From the NCBI GenBank assembly GCA_012295275.1, contig CM022672.1, positions 30,938,001 through 31,002,000 of the forward strand: DNA of 64,000 nucleotides. The letters are read 5' to 3'. The translations under genes were made by a program, and so were the position numbers. Origin of the DNA: Chrysomallon squamiferum (taxonomy: Eukaryota; Animalia; Mollusca). The first letter of the stretch is position 1. Each line of letters opens with the position of its first letter. Below, piece by piece: positions 51,502 to 64,000 of this stretch. Under the pieces are notes generated by a model. The model was given only the letters and a program-made list of their open reading frames with translations, was not told the DNA's origin and did not search any database.

Positions 51502-54390
51502 TGCATTTTGTATTAATAACTTTGTGTTTTTTGCCTCATATATATATATACCTTATACAGGAAAAAAAAAAAAAAAAAAAAAAAATTAAGGAATTAAGAA
51601 AAATTATTTTCAAATACATTTTTATCTGACCAATCAGTCAATCAGTAATAAAAGAAAAGAACAGAAAATAAAATAAAGTAATAACAGTGATGTGGGGAGC
51701 CCTCGTTAATGGTCATATATTACGTCATAAACGGATTGATGACAACATGGTGACACGAAACCAACAGACTATACCCACCCCACACACAACACGACACGTG
51801 ATACAGATGACGTAGTAAAATTACACCAGATGTACAATATCACTGCACCTGCAGAAGTCAGACGATACTGCTGATAAAAGACAAATTTCAGAATTTAGTG
51901 TAAATTTTAGATTTTCTTTTGACTTGTCAATTTTGCTTTCTGAATAACACATTTTCGAAATATGATTCGTTGGCACTTTTAGCCTAATGAATATTATCAT
52001 CTGTTAGTTTTACGTATTAATTAATTAATTTCGTTATTGTGTTTATTCTTAAATATTTTAAAAACTAAACCACCTAAAAAATCGTATTAGTTTTGAAATG
52101 AGCTTTGAGATAAAACAATGAACGAGAGCCAATAACGCAGCTTCATATTTCTTCTTCTTCTTCTTAACTAATTAATTAATTATACAGGTATATCTGAATT
52201 TGAAATACCTGAAATACTGTCTGGTACTTTTTTTTTTTTTTTTTTTTTAATGGAATGTTGAGCCTTCTTTAACTTCGGGTGACATTTCGGCTCGTTACGG
52301 GGTTTCACGAAACATGAATTTGAATCAGATTAAACGTAAAATGTCAGATGTCACGTAACGTGCTCTCTGCGGTTTTGTTTACGGCAGTTGTGTGTGTGCG
52401 GGGGGGGGGACGCACGCGGACAATTTTTCTCAGAATGAACGCAGGGTTTTTGAAAAAAACACTTATCGTCTGCACCGGCTGAAATAGATAACATGCCAAA
52501 GTTACAGCTAGAGATGATTCTCAACATTCAAACAGGGGAAACAGAAACTTACTAAACGTACTGTCTGTGTGCGTGATGGTGTGTGTGGTGTCGTGGATAT
52601 ATATGATAAAGGAGAGCTGAGAAACAAATACACCATCACGCACGCACGCACACATACATACATGCATACGCAAGCAGACACAAACACATACAGATATACA
52701 GTACATAGCATAAACACGTGGGCTATTGTCATTACCTATTCATAAACGTACTGTGTAATTTATCTAAAAGGACGACAAACTCTTTTTGTTTCTTTCCAGA
52801 CATAAAAATGACGTCGACCTTTTCTTCCAAGTTACATTTTTAACTTCGTTGCGAATTATTTATTACTTTTAAAACATTTTATTACACAGAGCTATTCGTT
52901 ATTTGGACTAGAAAATAAATTAGTTTGCAAGTACAAGTGTTAAATATCGCAGTTTTCGTATAAACAAGGAATGAACATAGTCATTTTGAGTTATGACATT
53001 GTTATTTTTAAAATGACGTGAAGGAATTATGGCTTATGACGTAGGGTGATAGGAAAAACACATTTATTGAAAGTATAACGTTTTTTTTTTTGTTGTTGTT
53101 TTTTTAACACAAAGATACAGTAAATGTCATGGACTTTTCGATACTCGCCAACAAGTGTAGACTTAAATAGGTAATACTATTCCAAAGACTGTTTTTCATA
53201 CCCTAAGGCTGTCTGTCTGTATGTCTCTCTGTAAATACGTGAGTGTAAGTTAGAAAAATAAACAGAAGTAATATTAATAGCGGATCTACCAGCGTGGCTG
53301 AATAACAACAATACTGCTCTCACAAAGAGTCAAGTATTTATTGTCAGTTTTATAAACATTGCGAAAATGCTTTTGTCTGGGTTTTTGAGGGTTTTTTTTC
53401 TTCTTGTAAATACGTTTACACACATAATAATACTTATTATTTCTTACTGTTTTAATCTTTTTAGCCTCACTTATTTATATTATTTTATTTTATTATTATT
53501 TTTTTTTTTCAAGGTACGTAAATAAAGGATTATAAACAGATATCCCTTTGTACACGATCATTTTTTTTCTTTTCCTTTTTCTTTCCACTATGAATGCTGT
53601 AGACCCGAGGTAAAGACTATTTTTAAAAATGAACTTGTTACTTGATGCTGCTGATACGTTCTGCGAGTCTTGAAAACTCGACACAGAGAACGTGAAGACA
53701 GCGGTTCTGACGAGCTGGCAATAAGCTGTACATTCTGTCTGTCAGTACGATTGTAAACAGCGCGTTCTTCACCTTTCACTAACTCAGTTCACGTCAAAAA
53801 GTCCGGCAGACGAGAGAAAGATAGATACAGAACGTAACTTAATGACCTGTTGCAAATCAGAAATACGTAACAGCAACATATGTGTTTTAAAATCTTTTTA
53901 AACATTTATAAAATTAAGGTATTTATCGAAGGTATTTATGTGTATGTTTATTTTAGAAGAACTAAAAATAATAATAATAATAAATATTTATGATACGCAA
54001 CGTAATTTGATGATCTGTCGCCAATCAGAAATGTATTTTAATATATTTTCAAATATTTAAACCCCCACCCCCCAAAAAAAATAATCAAGCAAATTACTGA
54101 AAACGGTTTTTTTATGTGTAACAGCAACATGATATTTGTTTTAAAATAATTTATTAAAAAACAAACGTATTTATCTTGGAAGCCAAGTTAAATAAACGGG
54201 ACAGTTGTATATAAAAGCACAAGATATTTAGTTTAAACTAATTTTTAAAAACGTTTGTCATCGAAGCTAATTAAAGTAAACGGGATATCTGTTTATATAC
54301 TTTTATTAATAACGCTGATGGATTTTCGGCTACAAAAATAAATAAATTATTTTACATTTTGTTATTACAGTTTGTTTTTAATGTGTGTGT

Positions 54391-54421
<31 letters not shown>

Positions 54422-54538
54422 CATATTCCAAATTTATTACAACAAAAAAAGATTTAAATTTTTCAAGTGCTTTGACTTTTCTGGTTACTTTTGTTAAACT
54501 CGATACGTGATAATAGTTTTCAATTTAACGATTTGTTA

Positions 54539-54593
<55 letters not shown>

Positions 54594-55778
54594 TAAATAG
54601 ACAAGTAAATAATAAAAAAAAAAAAGTTGATAAATAAAAATAAATAAATAAATGAAATAAATCAAAATAATAATAATAAACTAAACGAAAATAGAATAGA
54701 AATGAAAATGGGGCCTATCTCTATTTATAATCTAAATGTGATGATTAGGTGAACAGTTAATTCGTTCTGCAGATTCCTGGCGTGATTTCATGTGAGTCAA
54801 TACACCACGCTCATAATGATGGTTCTAATTCGCACTAGGCTCTTTGTATCTACAAAACCTTGCTGATAAATAAATAAATATACATATATATATATATATA
54901 TATTATTTTTTTTCCTAAATATCGGTATTATTACATACAAAAAAAAAAATTAATAATAATAATAAAATAAGTAAAAATAACGTTCATCAAACCTAGCAAG
55001 CGGCAGTTTAAAAAAAAAAGATCCTGTTATTATTAGCAGTGGTCACGTGACATACAATTTTTTTTCTTTTCTTACATGACGATACTACCATGACGTTCAG
55101 AATGACGTTAACATTAATCGAAATAGTTTTTTTTATGTTTTATTACAAAGAATGTAATCAGTAGATAATTGAGTTTCGTTCTTTGATCTTTTGAAAATGA
55201 TATAAATATTTAAACAAACACACACACACACACACATTCACACACACGCATACACACACACATATACGCACACACACACATACAAACGCGCACGCACAAA
55301 CACATACGCACACGCACACATCGTTGTATGTTCGGAACTAAACTTGGTATTAAAAAAATAAAAAATAAAAAACTTTTTCGATCTCTTAGTGCAGATTGTT
55401 TGGGGATATTTTTCTCTTTTATTTATTTATTTTATTCTTTTTCTTTTTTCGTCTTGTTCATCATCATCATTATCATCATCATCATCATCATCATCATCAT
55501 CTTTATTACTGTTATTATTATTATTATTATTATTATCTTAGTATCTGGTATGTGTATATTTTGTATATTATTATTGTTATTTTAGTGTCTAGTATATGTA
55601 TATTTTGTACTACTATTATTATTATTATTTTAGTATCTGGTATATGTATATTATTGTTATTTTTCAGAGATCTGCAAGGAAACAATCTGACTGTCATCAG
55701 ACGTTCAGATTTCGAGTCTATGAGAAACCTCAGAATACTGTACGTGTTTCTTTTTAGTAATACTTACCTACACATCTT

Positions 55779-55817
<39 letters not shown>

Positions 55818-56262
55818 ACAAACACACACAAAATATGTATATATACACACACACATACACACACATCTATCTATCTATCTATCTATATATCTCTGTCTAT
55901 CTCTCTATCTATCTACATATAGATAGATAACTAGATAGATCGATAGATATGCACATATACATACATATATACATACAAGAATATATATACATAGATGTTA
56001 TCTGAACGACTTTATATATATATATATATATAAATATAAGATATATAAACATACATACACTACAGATATAGACACATACACTATATACACCCACACACCC
56101 GCACCCACCCACACATACACACAGGGACACACATACCACATATATAATTTATATAAATTCCTCTCATAATTAAAATTCTTTCACTTTCAGTCAACTCTTG
56201 GATAATCAGATTCATACCATTGACAAAGGAGCCTTTGACGATCTTGTCGGCATGGAGAGACT
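48634..56262 (+). CDS. slit: Slit (secreted LRR axon-guidance ligand), 5' part; exons 48634-48830, 55668-55739, 56191-56262
   Basis: Signal peptide, then [38 protein letters not shown]|[24 protein letters not shown]|[24 protein letters not shown]. From memory this closely matches Slit LRR domain 1 (Drosophila ...[15 protein letters not shown]...LRMLQLTDNQIHTIE...FQDLVSLERL). The 72-nt phase-2 LRR exons are typical. Later exons lie beyond the window. Confidence 0.93.
50500..50905 (+). repeat. Diverged direct duplication (about 220-270 bp) with (CA)n heads
   Basis: AACAGAA.TGAAA.GGGG.ATA.AATTTT.GATTT ... ATCATTTGTAT ... ATCCT.AGAGGAGGGG..AATTTAAATCTG occurs twice. Confidence 0.75.
55668..55739 (+). 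CDS. slit: slit coding exon 2 (72-nt LRR)
   Basis: TTTTCAG|AGATCTG ... ATACT|GTACGT; encodes [24 protein letters not shown]. Confidence 0.93.
56191..56262 (+). CDS. slit: slit coding exon 3 (72-nt LRR)
   Basis: CTTTCAG|TCAACTC ... AGACT|GTGAGT; encodes [24 protein letters not shown]. Not present in the ORF track. Confidence 0.93.
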
Positions 56263-56793
56263 GTGAGTAGACATTATTACGTTTTCACTTTCCATTTATT
56301 TATTCTCTTTATGAGCAGCGACATAGCTAATTCTGCAGTGAGCAAATTTTTTTTTCAGTATAAAAAATTTTAATATTATAATTCTGTAGTTAAATAGCAT
56401 GTATGGAACTCAATTCCCAACTTAATAATGTCTGTTATAGACGCCATACGGTTTTGAATGATAATAACGCAACGAAAAGGTAGTACATTTTTTTAGTTTT
56501 TTTCCGTTCGATACGAAGTAATAGCTGATATCAAGTGCCAAATGTCGCACGTTCAATTGAATCCTTCCACTTTAATTAAAGCCCTTTTTAAACGTATAAT
56601 GGAATCTACGGTTATATATATATTAGCATGCTATGAGTGTCACATGTTTATAATCTACTGACCACTAACTGGACATTTCGTTAACTACATTTAGATTTTT
56701 GTGTGTAAAGTTCAATCGGCTCAGATGACCTTTAATGAAAGGTCATTGAGATTTGAGGCCCAGACATCGTCTAAGCGTTCTTGTCGTAGTTGT

Positions 56794-56889
<96 letters not shown>

Positions 56890-57319
56890 ATATTATAAAG
56901 CGACAACAAGTAAATAAATAAATAAATAAAATGAAGAAACCATCAGGACATTCTGAAGTCATAAACCAGTTCATTAATTTTTATCTGCTGGTAAATCAAA
57001 AAATGCTGATCATCCCAGAACACGCTCTCATTTTCTCCACTCACGTGAGTCAGGCAGCTGCTCTCGTGCAGTCCTCGTACGAGTCTGTGAGCAATAGGTG
57101 TGAACGAAGCATGAAATGGTATGGCTTCGCACTTACCATATTGCATGACGTAGACAGAATCAGCGAGTACGTAACAAGATAACCGCAAAACATGTGTTCG
57201 GCATTTTCCGGCAGCCGACTCCGAGAAGGCAACAAAAATGTCGATTCGTGCTTGTTTCACACAACAAACTCAAGAATCCCTGCCGTTAACATGTTAGATA
57301 CTTATGTTACAGAAGATAT

Positions 57320-57654
57320 ATACGGTTTAATTAAAGTTGTAAAGAACAGTCCAGGTTAATAATGGCGTTTATATATTTTTTTTCGTTTCGTGTTTTTTCA
57401 GTTTTTATCAGTATAATGGCTCGGTCTTCGATGCGGTTTAATAACGAAATTTAAAGAACCATTCAGATGATTAAAATGGCGCTTATTTATTTTTTTTTTT
57501 TTTTTTTTTTTTTCGTTTCTTGTTTTTAAGTTGTTAGACACTTCTATTACAGTGGATGTGTCTTCGATACGGTTTAATAATAAAATCAACAAAAGACTGC
57601 AGATCAATATGCCTTTTACATTTTTCTTCTTCTTCTTTTTTCTTTCCTTTTTTA

Positions 57655-57695
<41 letters not shown>

Positions 57696-57836
57696 TTCTT
57701 AAACTCGTACTAATATTTATGGATCTGTCTTCAATACGATTTAATAACAGACTGAAAGAAAAATCCAGATTAATATAGCGTTTATTTTTTTCTTTTGTTA
57801 ATTCTTTTCTTTTCTTTTCTTCTTCTTCTTCTTCTT

Positions 57837-57867
<31 letters not shown>

Positions 57868-58100
57868 TTATTATTTTTTCAAGTTGATATTGAATCGTTC
57901 TTCGATACGGTTTTAATAACCATACTGACAGAAGAATCCAGATTAATACGAAATTTATATTTTTCTTTGTTTCTTAAGTTAAGTCGATATTATTAAGGAG
58001 AATCTGTCATCGATACGAGTTTAATAACGAAACTGAAACAAGAATCCAGGTCAATGCGGCGTTTATAGAGTTCTGTGCTTCTTGTTTTTGTTTTTAAATA
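57320..58100 (+). repeat. Degenerate tandem repeat with poly(T)/(CTT)n expansions, about 6 copies
   Basis: Recurring TTCGATACGGTTTAATAAC..ACTGAAA..AATCCAGATTAATATGGCGTTTAT. Confidence 0.78.
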
Positions 58101-58430
58101 ACTTGATGATCAGCGGAGAATCCTTCATGACAGGCGAGTGCACTAAGCTGTCAGGATTAGAGACTCTGAGTTACTGCGATAGTCCTCGATAAAAACCTTC
58201 TGAAGGACCTTTTGTTATGTCTGTTATAGGTGACAGTAAATAGCACTGTAATTGAATGTGGATGTGTGTGTGTATGTGCGTGTGTGTGAGTGTATGTGTG
58301 TGTGTGTATGTATGTGTGTGTGTATGTATGAAATTATGAATATCTGTGTATGAATGTAAGTATGTATGTATATGTATGTATATATGTATATGTATGTATG
58401 TATGTATATCTGTATATGTATGTATGTATA

Positions 58431-58461
<31 letters not shown>

Positions 58462-59149
58462 GTATGTACGTATATATTCCTTATTCTAAGTTGGTATATT
58501 TCTTACTACAGTTACAACAACAACAACAACATCTAGACGACGTCTGAACAGACATCTTTGTCAGTATTTTAAACGTACGTTCACAAACATTCACCCACGC
58601 ACGCGCACTCACCCACACACACACACACACACACTATATAATATTACATTTTCAAAATGTTTGTTTAGAATTTCCAGTTGAATTTAAAACTGAATACAGC
58701 CATCTGCACGACAAAACAACACAAATCTATTTTCAAACCTTCAACTCACATTTTCGCTGTGTTAGCCTGAAAGTATCACTAAAACGTCGAGTATTTATCA
58801 CACATCGTGATAATTACATCTCGTTAATTATCAGCGATATTCTTAGCCCAAGATAGCTGACCCCCACTCATTGGGGAAAAAATAACAACAAGATTTTTCT
58901 GTTTTAAGAAATTAATCTTTTTAATGTCTTGTTCAGCTCGTAGAGCTAAACACCAGTGTTGTGTGGGCTCTCCTCTCTCTAACAGTCTGTAAATAAATTT
59001 TAATAGCTGCTTTTATCAAACACGTTAACTCGACGTTAACGTCAGTTACATTTTCTCGCAGTCATTTGATATCAGCGTCTGCTTACATATAGGTTGGTTT
59101 CGTGTCGCTAGCTGAGGATATTTAGTTTTATTAACTAGTTTCATTAAGT

Positions 59150-59740
59150 TCATAAAGTTTGCTGGTTATAATTTATCATAGATAGTAATATCACAGTTTT
59201 TTAATAAATAGTTTTATCACGTTTTTCAAGTTTGCTTGGTCTTTAATATCATAGTTTTTAAATTGTCACAGTTTTTAATAAATAGTTTCATTACGTTTTT
59301 CAAATCTGTTGATCATTAATTTAATATCATAGCTTTTGAATTGGATATATGGTTTTGATAAATAGTTTCATCACGTTTTTGGTATTTGCTGGATATTAGT
59401 CTACTATCACGGTTCTTACATTGTTAGTATCACAGATTTTAATAAATAATTTCATCACGTTTTTCAAATCTGTTGATCGTTAATTTAATATCCATAGTTT
59501 ATACATTGGTAGTAGTATCACAGTTTTTAATAAATAATTTCATCACGTTTTTCAAATCCATAGTTTATACATTGGTAGTAGTATCACAGATTTTAATAAA
59601 TAATTTCATCACGTTTTTCAAATCTGTTGATCGTTAATTTAATATCCATAGTTTATACATTGGTAGTAGTATCACAGTTTTTAATAAACAGTTTCATCAC
59701 GTTTTCCAAATTTGCTCGTCGTTAGTTTGCTATCAAAGTT
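59150..59740 (+). repeat. About 66-90 bp tandem repeat
   Basis: Recurring TATCACAG.TTTAATAAATA.TTTCATCACGTTTTTCAAATC...CCATAGTTTATACATTGGTAGTAG. Confidence 0.88.
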
Positions 59741-60794
59741 CTTAAAATCAGTAATACCGCGTACTTCTACTTCAAACACTCGAACAGAAGTATAATTATA
59801 GTTCGGTGATTGGCAGAATCCAGACGATTCCGCGATCAAAAGAGTGTTTGCTTTCTGAATGTGGAATTGATACGAGTTTATACAGCGACGCGAGGAATAC
59901 TCCGATCTACGCCGACGAAACAAAAAGAACCTGTCTCAAGTTGACAAGTGTAGAATTGATCCTGGCTGTGTTGACAGAAGTTAATAAACAGCTCAAAGCA
60001 CCAGGAAAAATAACTCAGTCGATTTTGATTTTTATTATTACTAGTTTGTGCTGAATTCAAGATCAAAACGGTTGGAAGAGGTGAACGTTAATATTTTATT
60101 TTTTTTTTTTTTTTTTTGTTCTGATGTTTCAAAATTAATAAACAGCTGAAGGAACTAGGCAAATATCGCAGTCGATTTTGTTTAATTTGGTAAAGCTGTG
60201 ATGTGCTGTGTTTGGTAATCTCTACGTTTGTGAGAACGTTGACATTCATATTTTGTGCTAATGTTTCTAAATTTTTTTTTAATTTTGTAAAGCTACGTGT
60301 AGTATAACCACTTTTGGCATGCTGATATTTTTTGCTAATGAAAATGGACGCGGTGTTAAAGATGAACTAAGTCTGGAAATCCTCTGAGGAAATGAAATAA
60401 ACTTTCTCTAAAAGACTCTGCCACAGCCATTTTACTTTTCAAAAAATATTTTCCTTATTTGCATTTGTTTTGTTTGTTTTGTTTGGGTTTTTTTTTTACG
60501 GGGTGGGGTCGAGGGTGGGTCACCTCAGGATCGTTTTCCCAAGGGGTGGTAGTTGATTTTCGTTCTTCGGAACATTGTTCACAACAATTAACTTCAAAAA
60601 TGACTGATTGATTTTCAAACATCCCGGATTCATGAATTTATCACATGACGTATTGGAAATCTTGTGTGCTTTATAAAATAATATAATCTTAATGATATTA
60701 TAATATTATAAGTGCATTATTATTAATAAAAATGTCTTTGTTCTGGTTTGAATATCATTTTAGCGCTGTGTATGTGTGTGCATTATATTATAAG

Positions 60795-60905
<111 letters not shown>

Positions 60906-60984
60906 TTTTTTCTTAAATAACGTATACTATATTACTATATGTGTATGGTATTATATAATAAAGTACATAAATTTTAAGAGTATT

Positions 60985-62030
60985 TTTTAAATCTTTGTTT
61001 TGGTTTGAATATCATATTACCAAAACTATATTGTGTGCATGATATTATATATCATAAATTTAAAAGTACCCTAAATCTTAAGAGTAAATCTTTTTTTTTT
61101 ATATCTTTGTTTTGATTTGAATATCATTTTACTAAACGTGTGATATATATATAATAAATTCAAAAATTACACTAAATCTAAAGAGTATTATTTTAAATCA
61201 TTGTTTTGATTTGAATATCGTTTTACTAAACGTATGAATTCAAAAGTACACTAAATTTTAAGACTAGTATTTTAAGTATTTGTTTTGGTTTGAATATTAT
61301 TTTTACAAAAGTCTGATATATATAACAAATTTCAAAAGTACACTAAATTTCAAGACTATTATTTTAAGTCTTTGTTTTCGTTTTGAATATCATTTTTACT
61401 TAACGTATGATATATATAATAAATTTCAAAAGTACAGTAGATTTCAAGACTATTATTTTAAATCTTTGTTTTGGTTTGAATATCGTTTTTATGATATATA
61501 TATAATAAATTTCAAAAGTACACTAGATTTCAAGACTGTTATTTTAAATCTTTGTTTTGGTTTGACTATCATTTTACTAAACGCATGATTATGATATATA
61601 ACAAATTTCAGAAGTACACTGGAATACAAGACTATTATTTTAAGTCTTTGTTTTGCTTTGAATATCATTTTTACAAAACGTATGATATATATAATAAATT
61701 TCAAAAGTACAGTAGCATTTCAAGACTATTATTTTAAATCTTTGTTTTGGTTTGAATATCGTGTTTATGATATATAACAAATTTCAGAAGTACACTAGAA
61801 TACAAGACTATTATTTTAAATCTTTGTTTTGGTTTGAATATCGTTTTTATGATATATATAATAAATTTCAAAAGTACACTAGATTTCAAGACTATTATTT
61901 TAAATCTTTGTTTTGGTTTGACTATCATTTTACTAAACGCATGATTATGATATATAACAAATTTCAAAAGTGCACTAGAATACAAGACTATTATTTTAAG
62001 TCTTTGTTTTCGTTTTGAATATCGTTTTAC
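60985..62030 (+). repeat. About 75-85 bp satellite, about 13 copies
   Basis: Unit TATATAATAAATTTCAAAAGTACACTAGATTTCAAGACTATTATTTTAAATCTTTGTTTTGGTTTGAATATCGTTTTTATGA; degenerate copies extend back to about 60730. Confidence 0.93.
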
Positions 62031-63516
62031 GTGGACAATGTGTGCGGTCCGAAACGCTCAGCTATTCCTGTTATTTGAAACGACGTCTGCTAATACCGAG
62101 TTGTGAGACGGCAAAGATTATGTCATCTGCACGCCACGACGTTCACCTCGCCGCAAGCCGTCGCGCCCGGCGCTGAGAGTTCTACGTGGATTCCTTTCAC
62201 TTCCTGTCACGTCGCATTATCGTCTGCTAAACGCATTTACACTTAGCTTCACGACGTATTACAGTCATTCAGTAGATAAGTGAATAGACTGTCTACTTAT
62301 TTTTTAAAAAAAAGAACAACAAAACAAAAGAAAGCACGACAGAAACGTTCTGTAATAGTCTAAGAAAATTAATACTGAGTGATAAATTAATAGACTGTCT
62401 ATTTAATGAGAATTTTTTAAAATAAAAACAACAACAACAACAAAAAACCCTTAACTTTTTATACGTATAATAGTTGAATAAAAATAAGAATAAATTTATA
62501 ATTGTTCTATTTTATCAGATACGTTACTGATATGTTTTAAATACTTAATACTTATCCGAAATATTATCTAAATTCGGCAGTTTTTATATTAATAATATAC
62601 TTCAAAATATATTAAATATATAAAATATATGTAAAATATAATTTAAAATGTATTCGTTAATAATTGTTGTTTTGCCTGTAGGTAGGCATAAAAATAGAAA
62701 GACACAAACTTGGTCTGGTTCTGTGGGGAGTGTCTGTTTTATAGCCCCGTTCAAGGGAGTGTAGAATATATATTTTACATACCTGCTGTCTGTCTCACAC
62801 ACACACACACACACACGAGCATACATCGACGCATTTTTTTTTTAACACACGTAGATAGTCTATGAATTTATCATTTACTGAATTAATTCATTAATTCATA
62901 CTGATTTTCATAAAACTATTAAACATATAGGACGTTATTTTATTAATAAACAGAAGTCTCTGAATTAATAATTTACTGAATGAGTCAACACGCACACACA
63001 CACACACACACACAGACACACACAGACACACGCACTGACACACAGACAGAGACAGACAGACAGACATTCTTACGTTCAGGTACTGAAGATGGTCTGGTTT
63101 CGTCAGAAGAAGAATTTTAAGGCTAACTAACTAGCTGGTGTTAAGCTTCGCGCTGATTCCATCACCGTGTTTACATATGCGGAAACGCAGGGGTGCCGCA
63201 AGCTCTCAAGCCAAAAGATTGTATCCCCGATTAGTTCGTTGTTACCTGCAACTTCACGTCTGCAACGTCGAAACCGAGTAAAGCAGACGATAAATTCACC
63301 CGACGTTGCAAAACGAGATAACAGACGCACGAGATCGTTTCGGCGAACGTTACCGAGCGAGTAAACGACTTCTCGCGAAGTGATTTAACGATCCGTGTGT
63401 ATAAAACGATTCGTTATTGAAAGAAATATGTATATGATTTTTAAATAATTATTTTGTCGCAGATACACATACAGAGATATGTGTGTGTGTATATATGTGT
63501 GTGTCTGTATATATAT

Positions 63517-63576
<60 letters not shown>

Positions 63577-64000
63577 GTGCATTTAATATTTTAAATTCCA
63601 ATAATGCCATTTTTTTATTTTTTTTTATTTGTACAAATTACTGGAACGCTAGAACTTAATTTACTGAATTGATTCCTAATGATAGGACAGGGCTAGTTTA
63701 GCTTGATGGATATAAAATATATATTTTTCTTTCTTTTCTGTCTTGTCGAGGAGTTCATTTTTCTTTTTGTTTTTTATCTTAATGTTTTATTCTTTTTGTT
63801 CGATGTATGTAGTAATTCATACAAAGGAATTTCAAAGGAATATTCTTATTTTATCTTTAATAAAATGACTAAATGGATATCGATTTCTGAAACAGAAGAT
63901 GGGTTTGAAAAAAAAAAAAAAAAAAAAAAAATCCTAACTATAATTAACGAGATAAATCGTAGATTACATTTGTTTTGAATGGCTACGATAACCAGCTATA

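Noticed and set aside
57320-58100. Repeat with variable spacers, superficially CRISPR-like (also 23490-24205 and 40630-41165)
   Set aside because: Eukaryotic context, spacers are homopolymer or microsatellite expansions of the same unit, repeats are degenerate, and there are no cas genes.
58537-58610. Possible slit exon 4 (reads RRLNRHLCQYFKRTFTNIHP after a TAG)
   Set aside because: Lacks the LxLxxNxL register, has no polypyrimidine tract before the TAG and no donor at +72. The true exon 4 is probably beyond the window.

Overview
AT-rich, microsatellite-dense animal genomic DNA, probably a lophotrochozoan such as a mollusc (taxon is an inference). Three intron-containing genes lie on the + strand. 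(1) The last four coding exons of an AKR1-family aldo-keto reductase (249-2182). (2) A complete 20-exon SRP72 gene (3793-18468, about 657-663 aa) that contains a U12-type minor intron. (3) The first three coding exons of the axon-guidance ligand Slit (48634-56262, continuing beyond the window), preceded by about 30 kb of gene-free, CpG-retaining DNA. Almost all ORFs in the supplied track are microsatellite or repeat artefacts. The most notable observations are: tandem repeats that repeatedly straddle or end at real splice sites and create arrays of decoy donors and acceptors; a sharp switch from CpG-depleted to CpG-rich DNA at about 19.4 kb; three perfect paired AGGTCA nuclear-receptor elements around slit; an interleaved A-B-A'-B' inverted repeat at 42-43 kb; and two frame or acceptor anomalies (AKR last intron, SRP72 exon 7). 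No RNA gene, CRISPR array or intact transposase was recognised. I cannot claim a proven new system; the splice-site-anchored repeats are the best candidate for an under-described phenomenon.
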